Positions 46,701-55,733 of a DNA stretch of 64,000 nt are shown piece after piece. The position numbers and the translations under genes are program-made. Source of the stretch: a virus (lineage: Duplodnaviria; Caudoviricetes); IMG/VR virus record IMGVR_UViG_3300033407_000008, positions 6,466-70,465 of that record; one strand, 5' to 3'. The stretch's first letter is position 1. Each line of letters begins with the position of its first letter. The notes under the pieces are model-generated. The model made no database searches. It saw only the letters and a list, made by a program, of their open reading frames with translations, and was not told the origin of the DNA.

Positions 46701-48872
46701 ATCAGCGGGCTCGACCGGCTGGTCGAGGCGATCGCCGACCGCTTCGGGATCGACCCCGGGGACCTCGCCGCCGGGCGTGAGCCCGAAGGCGAACGCGACC
46801 GGGGGGCGACCGAGGGGCTCGACGCCATCCGCGAGGTGCTCGAGTCGCTGCTCGACCCGGGCCTCACGGCCCGCGAGGTGCTCGAGGGCCTGATCGAAGC
46901 CATCCGGGGGGTGCGGGAGGACGCCGGAAGCGGCGGCCGCAGCCTGGACGGCCTCGGCGACGCCATCGACGGCATCCGGGACACGATCCGCGGCGTGGCC
47001 GGCGCCTTCGACACCCTGACCGAGGCCGAGCGCCGGGCCGTCCGGGCTCTCGGGGTGGACTTCATCGGCTCGCTCGAGGATCTGGGGGTCGCGCTGCCGA
47101 CGGATCTCGTCCTCGAGCTGGCCGAGGCGCAGTTCGCCCTCGCCCAGGCCGAGGCGATTTCCTCGGCCCTCGCCCTGGCCGCCGCGGGCGCCTTCGAGGG
47201 GCTGTCGATCACCCTCGCCGACCTCCTCGAGTTGATCGCCGGCGCCAGCTTCGACGCCTCGAGCTTCGGCCGCGGCTTCGGCGGCGGCAGTCCCCGCCCA
47301 AGTCCGGACCGAGACCCCCAGCAGGAGCTTGACCGGGTGCGCCAGCAGATCGCCGACCAGGCGCGGCAGTGGCGGGATCTCCTGCTCGACCCGTTCACCC
47401 GCCAGCTCCTCGACATGCAGCGGCGGTTCAGCGAGCTCTCGTTCGCCCTCGCAGAGGCGGGCGGTAGCGCCGCCGAGCTCGCCGACCTCGAGGACGCCCT
47501 GGGGGCCGCCCGGCAGCACCTGATCGACCAGCAGCTCCAGCCCATCCGGGACGTGCTCCGCGACTTCCAGACCGAGGGCCCCGGGGTCGCCAGCCGGGAA
47601 ACGCTCCACTCGCTCGAGAGCCAGTTCGCGGCGGCGATCGCCCGGGTTGAGGGCGGGGACTTCTCCGCCATTCAGGACGCGACGGACCTCGCCCGCCGGC
47701 TGCGCGAGGTGGGCGCCGGCTTCTTCGGCACCTCGTCCGGCGCCTTCGAGCACCTGGTCGACACGATGGAGGCCCAGCTCCAGGCGATCCTCGACTCCGG
47801 CGTTGAGCCGAACATCCCGGAGGAGACCCTCGACGTCGTGACCGAGAACCGGGACCTGACGGCGCAGATCCTCTCGGAGTTCCGGGGCTTCCGCGACCAG
47901 TCGAAGGGGCAGGCCGATGCCCTGCTCACCAGCCGCGCCCAGGAGCTGGTCGAGATTCTCGGCCGAGACGACATCACCCAGGGGCAGCTCCAGTCGACGA
48001 TCTCGCAGCTCCTGGCGATCGCCAGCCTCGAGAATCTGGTCGCGGGCAACACCCAGGCGGTATGGACCGCCCTGGGGGGGCTCCTCTCCGTCAAGGACCA
48101 GCTCTCGCCCCAGCAGCTCGCCCAGCTCCAGGCTGTGGCGCAGACCCTCCTCGGCGTCGAAGGGCTGTCGGATGCTCAGCGGGATCTCCTGGAGGACATC
48201 CTCGGCGAGACCGGCGACACGGCCCGCTCGATCTCCGACAGCGTGGCCGCCCAGATCGCCTTGAAGATCACGCAGCTTCAGCTCAAGGCGGTCGCCGATA
48301 GCCAGCTCTCCGAGCTCAAGACCCACACGGACCGCCTCGCCTCGATCCGCGACTGGCTGAAGTCGATCGATGCCACGCTCAAGGCGATGCCGAGCTTCCA
48401 AGGCGGCGGCCTCATGCCCTCAGACGGCCTCGCCTTCCTCCACGCCGGCGAGCAGGTCCTGACCCCGGGCCAAACCGCCCACTACGAGGCGCTGCTGCGC
48501 AGCAGCTCTGCGGCAACGCTCCGACCCGACCTCCTGAGCCTCTCGAGTGGCGCGATCGCCTCAGGGGCACGCCAGGCGGCTTCTGAGTTCGCCTCGCTTC
48601 TTCTGCGCCAGGCCGAGACGAGCCTCGCCTTCCGAACGGCCGCTCCCGAGCAGAGCGTGCGGATCATCCTGCCGCCGCCTTCGACCGCCTCCGGCGCCGA
48701 CGCGGCCGACGCCCGAGATCTCCGCCGGCGCCTGGAGGCCCAGGAGCGCCAGAACGATCTCCTGGTCGAGGAGATCCGAACGCTCAACAAGAAGATCGAC
48801 CGGCTGGCCGACGCCGTTCTGGCCTCGGTCCAGCAGGGCCAGCCGCGGGCCGGCGGGAGGGCGAACCCGTGA
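40701..48872 (+). CDS. Tape measure protein (TP901-type core), 2723 aa
   Basis: EAAQAQELLARAG, LPGLLDLAAA, GLQGTMAGTGLR; Ala/Glu-rich helical; C-terminal FQGGG...LHAGEQVL. Confidence 0.95.
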   Translation: MSDVVERLLIEIEAKGADATLTRLQGGLSGVGSKAVDADKRVRQFGEGQGRLSRASAGVDRALRGQIAQLAALGGAYLSIRAVIDGIGGSVRIFTEFEATLAAVQAVTNATAVEFANLKQQAKELGEATIFSGVEAAQAQELLARAGFRVSEVIGALPGLLDLAAAAQLGLGEATDITAQALRGFNLESDQSGRVADVLAAAAANANTNVQMLGEGMSYIAPVAAAVGISIEEAAAAMGVLSDAGLQGTMAGTGLRQIISGLIDPTKEAAEALAALGVSAEEINPSTNSLIGIAERLAAANIDAATAFTVLGDRGAPALLALVSQAPRLRELTGVIEDADGTSKRMAATMLDTVKGAADELDSVIESLRIEFGEGLAPALRENLALSTEFFGTQGAAAEAFGRRVGAALSTVVRALLFVADNIHLVSAALTVLLVRAAGLQAASLVAVFIGWIQHLQQVALGAQLATAAENRLTAAVAANAVVIGASGTVADLYAAELHGVAGSVVATGTVLDLYDARLIKTTVTTGVATAATGAHAVASNVATGAIIRTAGATTVLGVAMERLKIAFATNPVTIIITALSILVGVLLLVKSRTAEAAEAQEDYNDRLRFGSAEVEAATRAHAELITKLEREIEVRRELQGLLSESAARLAQLQPILEAAETALAGGDTEGYRAAIAAAKELGVAFSSIAGDSGLERLRLEVRALETDLARASTGIEQSGAAIKSVEDAMAASAEQTLDAELRLRIEQRARLADIESLAANAEVAMHNLMAAGGDENSGFFVELAKARAELGRLAADASAAADELERTNQRILEFGQAVNVRLGQMFRTGDMEGFEALLRSLPQDLFHTVFGEASDVEAVLKAYQEARVRLDEYAESQRKGAGETNRLSDEQKKQLERFQELRTELLAQIAGLEDVARAYESGVVAGERAVGNLELEARIRQVTKDLTEQQAAALEDLVRAQAQAEARATGAASIADLLKQVDAQGALVSAYHGGRAALEAARRANALAEKQHEATAGAADEQVDTIRELVRILFNLERSLETLQVRDDLRRELDQLEDLRDAYETNANAVMETVAAQELQNEIHEKTAGLVEKEAKEIEELIRTRARLRAEIGAGARVAALEEETRQTRELAAVKREDFATEDQYQAAIRAVNVERQVRLELLAIEAERMAALATITRDAFATEAEYLAALAEVNRTFADFAQRAEVAIRAKAALDHQMSSQDGLTTFDKWVEAGHALAEVLRDVDEELANLVESAANLLDAFQNMSAEGGKLKAVVAGLGVVQAVGTAITGPNNYAAEGALVGAIVGLIIGAYAGDPATGAQVGAAAGGALGSFIKKGSDEFLAEFELTAMGGLEGVATKVEGALGSVGRQFIEAIERGLAAALDALGAFLVGIPDVSIKVRDGIYSVFVGAVTARFNSMAEAVDFAILEVLRQGDIIGLSDEVKTAIENSTAESFAALAQDIDFARWVERLPEIGQLASDSATALLNAVDQYQAALRKANELGLDTAKIDQWFAHTLDAIRKNVLGIVETNEERIKREVLGFNQTVMLLRAEQEMRRADLLMKKAELGAELALLAAKHKISLADLQAMAAHVAAQGRLTQAMMEIGKATLEMVNAMFQALAAIDVALATVDSILAGLPELISDQELEDALNRAGQGGGGQRKREREEALAEIEALRLEASGMAASAISLRQGFADFETWIADARKLGIAEEQLAQARRDNLAITEREFRARFEGVLLGDGPAGSIQALIDDYRTAFDEAAEIARERAKVMGTTFEEEFAKLAALVGDAFGKELRDLVTGEIGSLIAAGDLSGLQELLDVLMGISTAGLPPEMIAVLQAIPGLAEQIRQAIDTLQEAGLEGGTPGLDLSPIREDLDRARGLSETDVALREIAQRFAAVRAQAELLGASQQELIDIELAHRSAIEAVRQAVLESVQEYTDAVLGIGEYQRRLIDLQDTFRAAREGLAAADDALAGLEDPDTARGNEIVERRVQAIEDIFISGLDRLVEAIADRFGIDPGDLAAGREPEGERDRGATEGLDAIREVLESLLDPGLTAREVLEGLIEAIRGVREDAGSGGRSLDGLGDAIDGIRDTIRGVAGAFDTLTEAERRAVRALGVDFIGSLEDLGVALPTDLVLELAEAQFALAQAEAISSALALAAAGAFEGLSITLADLLELIAGASFDASSFGRGFGGGSPRPSPDRDPQQELDRVRQQIADQARQWRDLLLDPFTRQLLDMQRRFSELSFALAEAGGSAAELADLEDALGAARQHLIDQQLQPIRDVLRDFQTEGPGVASRETLHSLESQFAAAIARVEGGDFSAIQDATDLARRLREVGAGFFGTSSGAFEHLVDTMEAQLQAILDSGVEPNIPEETLDVVTENRDLTAQILSEFRGFRDQSKGQADALLTSRAQELVEILGRDDITQGQLQSTISQLLAIASLENLVAGNTQAVWTALGGLLSVKDQLSPQQLAQLQAVAQTLLGVEGLSDAQRDLLEDILGETGDTARSISDSVAAQIALKITQLQLKAVADSQLSELKTHTDRLASIRDWLKSIDATLKAMPSFQGGGLMPSDGLAFLHAGEQVLTPGQTAHYEALLRSSSAATLRPDLLSLSSGAIASGARQAASEFASLLLRQAETSLAFRTAAPEQSVRIILPPPSTASGADAADARDLRRRLEAQERQNDLLVEEIRTLNKKIDRLADAVLASVQQGQPRAGGRANP

Positions 48873-51800
48873 GCTCCGCCCTCTTCGAAGCCTTCGCCCG
48901 TTCCGCGTCCTCGAGGAAGATCCTGCTGGTCGAGCAGGACCTGGTCGACCCGGCGACCGGCCTGGTGGTCGATCCCCTGGTGGTGGACCTCGGCCGGTGG
49001 GCGACGCACCACTTCACCAACCGCCCGAGCGATGCCCCGGCGAACGTCTACTACGTGCCGCGGGTCAAGGGCGGCTTCGAGCTCACGCGCTCCCTCGTCG
49101 ACGGGAAGCGCCTCCGGGGCTCCTCGCTCCCGGACTACGGGACGCTCCAGCTCATCAACGTCGACGGCGGGCTCCACGCCCTCGCCGACTACGTGGCGGC
49201 CGGCCAGGCTCTGCGCTTCAAGCTCGGGAGCCACGGCTGGCCGATCGCCGACTTCGAGACGGTCTTCGACGGCCTCGCCGAGAGCCTTCAGCCATCCCGA
49301 GACGGCCGGGTGATCGTGCTCCGGCCCGAGTCGGCCGACCGGGTGCTCAAGGTGCCGATCCAGAGCCGGAAGTTCCTGGGGCTCGGGCAGGCGCTACTCC
49401 ACGACGGGGCGAACGACCAGGAGGACGCCGGCGACACCTGTGACGTGGGGGCGGCCGACAGCTTCGTCTTCCACGTCAAGTTCCGGGGCGACGCCGGGGA
49501 GGCCGGCACCACGGAGACGCTGGCGGCGAAGCGGACGACCGGCGCCGGCTACAACATCGACATCAACACCGCGAACCGGGCCGCGGTCACGGTCTCGGAT
49601 GGCACCGACGTCGCGACGGTGACGGCCCCCGCCGGCGACATGCGGGACGGCCAGGTCCACAGCATCTCGCTCGAGCTCAAGCGCTCGACGAACACGCTCC
49701 GCCTGCTGGTCGACGGCGAGCCCCAGGGGAGCGCCGACGCCGCGGCGGTCGGGAGCCTGGTCAACGCCAGTACGCTGCGCTTCGGGGAGAGAAGCAACGG
49801 CGTCCAGGACTTCAAGGGCTCGATCCTCGAGGTGGCCTGGGCGAGCGGGGAGCGGACCGACACCGAGCTCAAGAGCTGGGCCACCCGGCTCCTCGACTGG
49901 AGCGAAGACCGCGCCCTGACCTGGCCGATCAACGAAGGCGCCGGGCCGACCGCTTTCCAGGAACACGACCTCGTGCGGGACTACCTCTCCCTCAACGGGG
50001 TGGACGACTCGCTCGAGGTCGCGCTGGCGACACCGCTCTACGTCTCAGGGGCGCCGAGCTACTCGGTTGAGGTATTGGTTCACGAGGGGGCGATCGGCAC
50101 GAATGACGATCTCTGGTCCGAAGGACCTACGTCCGGCCTGGCACGGGTCAGGATTGGCAGCGGCGGCGTAACGGCTACGAACCTCAGGTACTTCCTCATA
50201 GATGACGCCGGGGTGACCAGGGCAAACCTCAACTGGACCAACGTCTTCGTCGGTGCGGGTCCGTGGCACCTCGTCCTCGTGGACGCCGCTGGGCAGGTGA
50301 GCCTCTACCGCAACGGCATCCTGGTATCCACGCTGGCCTACACGCCCGGCGGGACTTTCACGCTCAACCGCGCCGGGTTCGGCGCTCTGTTCACCTCCGT
50401 AGCCTCGAACTTCTTCCCCGGCCGCCTCCACGTCGCCCGCCTCTGGCGCCGACCGCTCACGGCAGAGGAGATTCCCGCCCTCGCGCACGCCACGACGGCG
50501 GCCGACCCCACGGGGCTTGCAGTGCAGCTTCTCCTGGACGAGAACTCCGGCACCCCGCAGGACAGCTCCGGGAACAACCGGACGATCACTCTGACCGGCG
50601 CCACGTGGGGCACGATCAACGCCGCGATCACCGGGTCGACCTGGACGAGCTCGTTCGAGGGAGACGCCAGCCTAGCCGGCAAGCCGTGGCCGACCTCTTG
50701 GGGCGAGGTGCCCCACCGGGAAGCCCACCTGATCGACCAGATCGAGCTCGTCTACGCCGTCCACTTCCGCGCCGTCCACGACATCGATGGTGTCTACGAG
50801 GGCGGGGGCAAGCTGATCCCGAATCGCTCCGAGACCTCGGCCGACGTCCGCTTCCACTCCGGATCGAAGCGGATCATCAACTTGGGCGGCCAGGACTGGA
50901 GGAGCTACAAGCCCGGCCAGACGATCACGGTCGGCGGCTCGGCGGGAAACGTCGGCGACAAGACGGTGGCGACGGTTGACGAGGTGGCCGGCCGGTGGCT
51001 CACGATCGTCGAGGCGGTGACCTCCGAGCTCGCCGGCCCCTCCATCACGATCGCCACGGCGAGCGGGACTCACGACTGGACCGACTTGGGCGACGGACTC
51101 TTCCAGCTCGAGAACCCGGCGACGAAGCCCGTCACCTGCCGGCTGCGCGGCGACGCCGAGGGCGGCTACGTCGACACGGTGCCGGCGCTCATGGAGCGGA
51201 TCGCGGTCGACATGGGCGGGTGGGATCCGGCCAAGGTCGCGGCCAGCTTCGCCGCGGTCGAGGCCGCCTACCCCGGCTTCGTGGCCGGCTACGCGACGGG
51301 CTTGAAGGAGGAGACGGTCGACCAGGTGATGAGCCGGCTGGCGGTCTCCCTCGGCGGCACCTGGGGGGTTACGACCGCCACCCGTGAGCTCGACCTCCTG
51401 GTGGTCGCCCCGCCCGACCCAGCCCCGGCGCCGGAGGACCTCCTGGAGATCACGGAGGCCGAGATCCTCCGGATGGAGTGGCAGAGGACCGAGCCCCCGG
51501 TCCTGAAGGTGGTGGCGAACCACCGGCCGAACTTCCGGGTGCTCACCTTCGATGAGCTGACGGGCTCGGTCCAGGAGGATCGCACCTCCGCCGGCCAGGC
51601 GTGGGCGAAGTTCGTGCAGCAGGAGTGGAGCCGGGTCGAGGTGGGCGAGCCCGCGGGGACCTCGCCCTCGCTCGCCGAGCTCTACCCCCTCGCCGAACCC
51701 GAGGACGTGGTCAACACCTACCTGGTGCGCCCCGCCCACGCCCGGGTGATCGCCGAGCAGGAGTTCGCCAAGTACGGGGCGGAGCGGGAGTTTTTCGCGG

Positions 51801-51955
51801 TCGATCTGAAGCTCCAGCCTTACCTGTATGATTTCCGCCGGGCCACGGTGCGGGCGACACACGAGCGGTGGGCGAGCACCGCCGCCGGGAAGGACTTCCG
51901 GATGGTCGAGGTGAAGCTGCGAAGGACCGGCACGACCTTGGAGCTATGGGGATGA
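48869..51955 (+). CDS. Tail tip/hub protein with two inserted LamG-like domains
   Basis: Hub-like N-terminus and GKPWPTSWG core; LamG starts LLHDGAND and LSLNGVDD with FKGSILEV and FPGRLHVARLW. Confidence 0.75.
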   Translation: MSSALFEAFARSASSRKILLVEQDLVDPATGLVVDPLVVDLGRWATHHFTNRPSDAPANVYYVPRVKGGFELTRSLVDGKRLRGSSLPDYGTLQLINVDGGLHALADYVAAGQALRFKLGSHGWPIADFETVFDGLAESLQPSRDGRVIVLRPESADRVLKVPIQSRKFLGLGQALLHDGANDQEDAGDTCDVGAADSFVFHVKFRGDAGEAGTTETLAAKRTTGAGYNIDINTANRAAVTVSDGTDVATVTAPAGDMRDGQVHSISLELKRSTNTLRLLVDGEPQGSADAAAVGSLVNASTLRFGERSNGVQDFKGSILEVAWASGERTDTELKSWATRLLDWSEDRALTWPINEGAGPTAFQEHDLVRDYLSLNGVDDSLEVALATPLYVSGAPSYSVEVLVHEGAIGTNDDLWSEGPTSGLARVRIGSGGVTATNLRYFLIDDAGVTRANLNWTNVFVGAGPWHLVLVDAAGQVSLYRNGILVSTLAYTPGGTFTLNRAGFGALFTSVASNFFPGRLHVARLWRRPLTAEEIPALAHATTAADPTGLAVQLLLDENSGTPQDSSGNNRTITLTGATWGTINAAITGSTWTSSFEGDASLAGKPWPTSWGEVPHREAHLIDQIELVYAVHFRAVHDIDGVYEGGGKLIPNRSETSADVRFHSGSKRIINLGGQDWRSYKPGQTITVGGSAGNVGDKTVATVDEVAGRWLTIVEAVTSELAGPSITIATASGTHDWTDLGDGLFQLENPATKPVTCRLRGDAEGGYVDTVPALMERIAVDMGGWDPAKVAASFAAVEAAYPGFVAGYATGLKEETVDQVMSRLAVSLGGTWGVTTATRELDLLVVAPPDPAPAPEDLLEITEAEILRMEWQRTEPPVLKVVANHRPNFRVLTFDELTGSVQEDRTSAGQAWAKFVQQEWSRVEVGEPAGTSPSLAELYPLAEPEDVVNTYLVRPAHARVIAEQEFAKYGAEREFFAVDLKLQPYLYDFRRATVRATHERWASTAAGKDFRMVEVKLRRTGTTLELWG

Positions 51956-53862
51956 GCAACGGCGAATCGATCAACTTCCTGCTCGGCTGCGCGCCGAACT
52001 GGATCGATCACCCAGACACGGTGCTGACCGCGGGCGGTGAGGTTGCCGGCCGGGAGGTCGAGAACCTCCAGACGAAGCTCATGGGGGAGACGTGGCGGAC
52101 GCCCAACCTGCTGCCCCACAGGACGAAGGTGACGGTGGACTTCGGAGCGACGGAGCGCGCCTCGCGGGCTCTTCTGATCGGGAACCACAACCTGCTCGGA
52201 GCGGACAACTTCGTCCGGGTTCGGCGGGATGATGAGATTACGGAGGACCGGTTGTGGCCGGCGTACAACGATGGGGTGAACGCCGACGCCTTCATCGCTC
52301 CCGATAACGTGACCGGGACTCCATCGATGCTGCACGAAGATCCGCTCGGATCGATCACCACGTGGGTAACTCCAACTGATCCGGAGTTCACAGGAGAGAT
52401 GGACTTTCGCGTGCGGCTGCAAAAGCCACGCAGGCCACTGAAGACTGGTCCGTTTCTTCAGTCGATCCTCGTCGCGTGGCGACCGGAAGACGAGTTGAAG
52501 GTTCTGGGCAGTCTTTACGTCGCCCTATATCAGAACGGCGTAGATCAAGCGATTGGTATCAATCAGGACGGCGATCTCGGAGGCGAAGAAGGTACTAGAG
52601 TTCTGGAGCTGAAATTCGATGCGGCCGACCTGGATGATCCCACGGGGGCCGACCTCGAGGTGCTTATCTCCTCGGTTGGTGCCGGCCTCCATGAAATCGG
52701 AGGCGTGGTCTGGCACGCTACCTGGGACAACCGGGAGTATAGGATCACCTCCCCTCCGTCCGGCGCTCAGGTGATTTCACCCACGAACACCGACCCGACG
52801 ACTCCTAACGCTGGCGAGGTCAGCGGCAACCCATTCGATCCGCCGTTCAACGATGCATTGCACATCGAAGCGAACAACAAGAGCGCCGACATGTCGTTCC
52901 GAGTCGGCCTGGTCGAAGCGGATGTCGTGGGGAAAGTCGCCCAAGGTGCCAACCTTCAGGTCGTCGCAATCCGGTGCGAGAGGACGCAGGGAACGGGCTC
53001 GCCCATCGCCACGGTGGAGGTATGGCAGAACGGCGTCGATCAGGGGATCTCCGGGCAGGTTACGATCAGCACCAACGGCGACCACTTCGTGATCGTGCCC
53101 TTCGACGCGGCAGACCTTGACGACACGAGCGGAGCAAACTTTGAAGTCAAGGTTATCGGGACCACCAACGGCTCGGATAACATCCGGGTTTTCGAGGTCA
53201 TGTGGTTCGCCCTCACCACAGAGACCGGCCATGAGTTCGACTCCGGCTATATCGAAATCAGCCCGGTCAACCCCAATTCCCTGTGGGGTGAAGTCATTCC
53301 CGATGATGTCGGCAAGGTGGTGATCGCTTCCCTGCCGGTGATCTACGAAAACGCTGCCGGGTCGGCGATCGCTTTGACCGGTCGCTTCATGCTGATCGAA
53401 TTCTACGCTCGCTCTGCCTACATCGAAACCGCCTCCCCTGGAGTCTTCGAGTTCACAAACCTGTTGGCATCAGGAGACGACTTCCTTGATCTCGGCCGCC
53501 TCGCCGAAGGCCCGGGCCTCGACGGCATGAACCTCGCTCGCGGCTTCCAGTTCGAGGTGGTCGATCTCTCGAGCTCCGACACCTCCGATGGCGGCGTTCT
53601 GTGGGAAGACCAGGAGGACGTCTACCGAGTGGCGCGGATCAAGCTCACCTCGCTCAGGAAAGAGATCGCCCTGTCTGACCTCTTCGAGTACCTCTACCGG
53701 CGCGTGGGGACGACCGAGGACGTGCTCTTGGTGATCTACCCGGAGGATGAGCAGTTCCGGCGGTCGGCCTTCGTGTGGGGGCCGATGGTGCGCCCCGGGG
53801 GCCTCGACAACGATGAGGGGGTCCGTTTCTTCTCCAACTTGCAGATTCGGGAGAGACTATGA
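51952..53862 (+). CDS. Distal-tail-like protein with duplicated internal module
   Basis: VENLQT...WRT N-terminus; LDLGRL...G.Q...D.S C-terminus; QNGVDQ...FDAADLDD repeated twice. Confidence 0.65.
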   Translation: MSNGESINFLLGCAPNWIDHPDTVLTAGGEVAGREVENLQTKLMGETWRTPNLLPHRTKVTVDFGATERASRALLIGNHNLLGADNFVRVRRDDEITEDRLWPAYNDGVNADAFIAPDNVTGTPSMLHEDPLGSITTWVTPTDPEFTGEMDFRVRLQKPRRPLKTGPFLQSILVAWRPEDELKVLGSLYVALYQNGVDQAIGINQDGDLGGEEGTRVLELKFDAADLDDPTGADLEVLISSVGAGLHEIGGVVWHATWDNREYRITSPPSGAQVISPTNTDPTTPNAGEVSGNPFDPPFNDALHIEANNKSADMSFRVGLVEADVVGKVAQGANLQVVAIRCERTQGTGSPIATVEVWQNGVDQGISGQVTISTNGDHFVIVPFDAADLDDTSGANFEVKVIGTTNGSDNIRVFEVMWFALTTETGHEFDSGYIEISPVNPNSLWGEVIPDDVGKVVIASLPVIYENAAGSAIALTGRFMLIEFYARSAYIETASPGVFEFTNLLASGDDFLDLGRLAEGPGLDGMNLARGFQFEVVDLSSSDTSDGGVLWEDQEDVYRVARIKLTSLRKEIALSDLFEYLYRRVGTTEDVLLVIYPEDEQFRRSAFVWGPMVRPGGLDNDEGVRFFSNLQIRERL

Positions 53863-54278
53863 TCCCCCGTCTCCAGGTGGAGATCCTGCTCGACACGGCG
53901 GCGCACGCGGCGACGGTGCGCGACTCCCTCTCGGCACAGGCGGCCTCCCGTCCGCGGCACGGCGGCCGCTTCGAAGCCGCGCCGGCGGTCGAGGCGGACG
54001 AGGCCGGTCGCGGCCACGTTGTGCGCCTGGACGTCCGCTACCCCGCCCGGGGGGACCGGGACGCCGTCCGGGACTGGGTTCGCCAGCAGCTCGACGAGCA
54101 CCCCGTGGTCAAGGGCTGGATCCGCGGTATCGTGGTCTCGACGCACCTCTGTACCCATGACGAGGAGCGTCCGGGCCCGTGCTCGGAGAGCGAGCACGTC
54201 GTGGTTCTGAGCCGGGGGGAGAGGGTCAACGGCGGGAGCGACCCGGCGAGGGCCGAGACCAGGAGAACTAACTCGTGA
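53859..54278 (+). CDS. Hypothetical protein
   Basis: ATGA-coupled; HLCTHDE...PC motif. Confidence 0.6.
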   Translation: MIPRLQVEILLDTAAHAATVRDSLSAQAASRPRHGGRFEAAPAVEADEAGRGHVVRLDVRYPARGDRDAVRDWVRQQLDEHPVVKGWIRGIVVSTHLCTHDEERPGPCSESEHVVVLSRGERVNGGSDPARAETRRTNS

Positions 54279-54679
54279 CCGAGATCCTTGACAGACTCCG
54301 CGTCCTCACCGCCTCGCTCACGAGCCCGGACCTGCTCGCCAAGCTCGTCGAGAGCCTTCCCGATGCGCTGGTAGTGGTCGACGAGGGGGGGCTCGTCATC
54401 CTGTTCAACGAACAGGCCGAACTGCTCTTCGGCTACCACCGCTCCGAGGTGCTCGGCAAGGCGGTAGAGATCCTCGTTCCGGAGGCGGCGCGAGAGCTGC
54501 ATATAAAACACCGGGCAGGCTTCGTCGCCGAGCCTCGGAACCGGCCGATGGGGCTCGGTCTCAACCTTTCCGGCCGCCACAAAAACGGCTCCGAGTTTCC
54601 GGTCCAAATCAACCTCTCGCCGGTGCAGACCCCTGATGGCCTATTCGTGTCGGCAGTCATTAGAAAGAAGCGAGCATGA
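54275..54679 (+). CDS. Stand-alone PAS (S-box) domain protein
   Basis: ESLPDALVVVD..G.VILFNEQAELLFGY...EVLGKAVEILVPE...H...GRHKNGSEFPV.INLSP...VSAVIR. Confidence 0.9.
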   Translation: MTEILDRLRVLTASLTSPDLLAKLVESLPDALVVVDEGGLVILFNEQAELLFGYHRSEVLGKAVEILVPEAARELHIKHRAGFVAEPRNRPMGLGLNLSGRHKNGSEFPVQINLSPVQTPDGLFVSAVIRKKRA

Positions 54680-54915
54680 GCGATGCCGGGCTTGAGGGCT
54701 GGGGCGAGTACAGGAGGCTGATCCTCCAAGAGTTGGAGCGACTGGCTCGGCAGGTTCAAGAGCTGAACATCAAGATCGACAATTTCCGCGCGAGCGACAT
54801 CGCGGACATCAAGGTCGAGATCGCCATGCTGAAGGTCAAAGCCGGGGTCTGGGGTGCTATCGGGGCGGCGATTCCAGTGCTGGCGGCGGCGCTGTGGTGG
54901 TTACTGTCGAAGTGA
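54676..54915 (+). CDS. Holin-like protein (coiled coil plus C-terminal TM)
   Basis: GVWGAIGAAIPVLAAALWWLL; ATGA-coupled to PAS. Confidence 0.6.
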   Translation: MSDAGLEGWGEYRRLILQELERLARQVQELNIKIDNFRASDIADIKVEIAMLKVKAGVWGAIGAAIPVLAAALWWLLSK

Positions 54916-54927
54916 TACAAGGGCTCC

Positions 54928-55392
54928 ATGATCCACGATGCGACCGCCAGAAAACTCCCCGCCGAGCCACTCCCTGACTCATATTTGTCAAGGCTTGCGC
55001 AAGGGGTTTCGAGCGTGACCGCTAAGACAAAGGAGCAGGTTCACGACCTGACGAAGGGATGGTTCCCGGCGACGAAGACCGCCGGCTGGATCGTGGCTGC
55101 CGTCTTCCTTGGCATGTGGGTACAGGCCAAGATTTCCGATGTCGAGTTGCTCAAGCGAGAGCAGGCCAAGACGACGGCCACCCTTGAAGAGATCCGGTCT
55201 GCTGTGCAGTCGATCCGTGACGATAGGGTGGCTGCGCAAAACGCAGTAATCGATCTCAAGGCGCAGATGATCGCGACCGAGGAAGCTCGGAAGAGATTCG
55301 AGTTGGAGTTCCGTCTGTTTGAAGATAAGGTGTGGGGTCGGGTCAGTCACATGCCCTACACAAACCCGGGACGTAGATCCCAACAGGAGTGA
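54928..55392 (+). CDS. TM plus coiled-coil protein (holin/antiholin or i-spanin-like)
   Basis: WIVAAVFLGMWV then long heptad region; lysis context. Confidence 0.5.
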   Translation: MIHDATARKLPAEPLPDSYLSRLAQGVSSVTAKTKEQVHDLTKGWFPATKTAGWIVAAVFLGMWVQAKISDVELLKREQAKTTATLEEIRSAVQSIRDDRVAAQNAVIDLKAQMIATEEARKRFELEFRLFEDKVWGRVSHMPYTNPGRRSQQE

Positions 55393-55604
55393 AAGCTATG
55401 GGACACAGCGAAGAGCACAATCGATGCATCCTGATCGGCGGGTGCGCCGCCTCGGCGCAGGCCGCACTTGACGCGGCGGCCGTCGAGCTCGAGCGGGCCG
55501 GAGATCACGCGGGGCTCTCTATGGTCGCTCGCGCCCGGCAGCCCCTCGGCGAGCTGGCGCGAGCCTACCCGTGCGATCGCGGCCGGGGGGAGAGCGGTAC
55601 ATGA
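55389..55604 (+). CDS. Hypothetical protein
   Basis: GTGA-coupled (or ATG at 55398). Confidence 0.4.
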   Translation: MKAMGHSEEHNRCILIGGCAASAQAALDAAAVELERAGDHAGLSMVARARQPLGELARAYPCDRGRGESGT

Positions 55605-55733
55605 CCAAGATGAGCCAGCCCGGGGCCGGCACAGGCCCATTCCCGCCGTGCGTCGGCGCAGTAGCTCAGGTCGGCGCCGCGATCGCGAAGGCCCTCTCGC
55701 CCCCGAAGGCCGGGCCGGCCCCGAAGGGGAACG

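Noticed and set aside
40596-48401. Long minus-strand ORFs (1299 aa and 1222 aa) opposite the tape measure
   Set aside because: Antisense shadows of GC3-biased coding; no motifs or RBS, and the sequence mirrors the TMP codons
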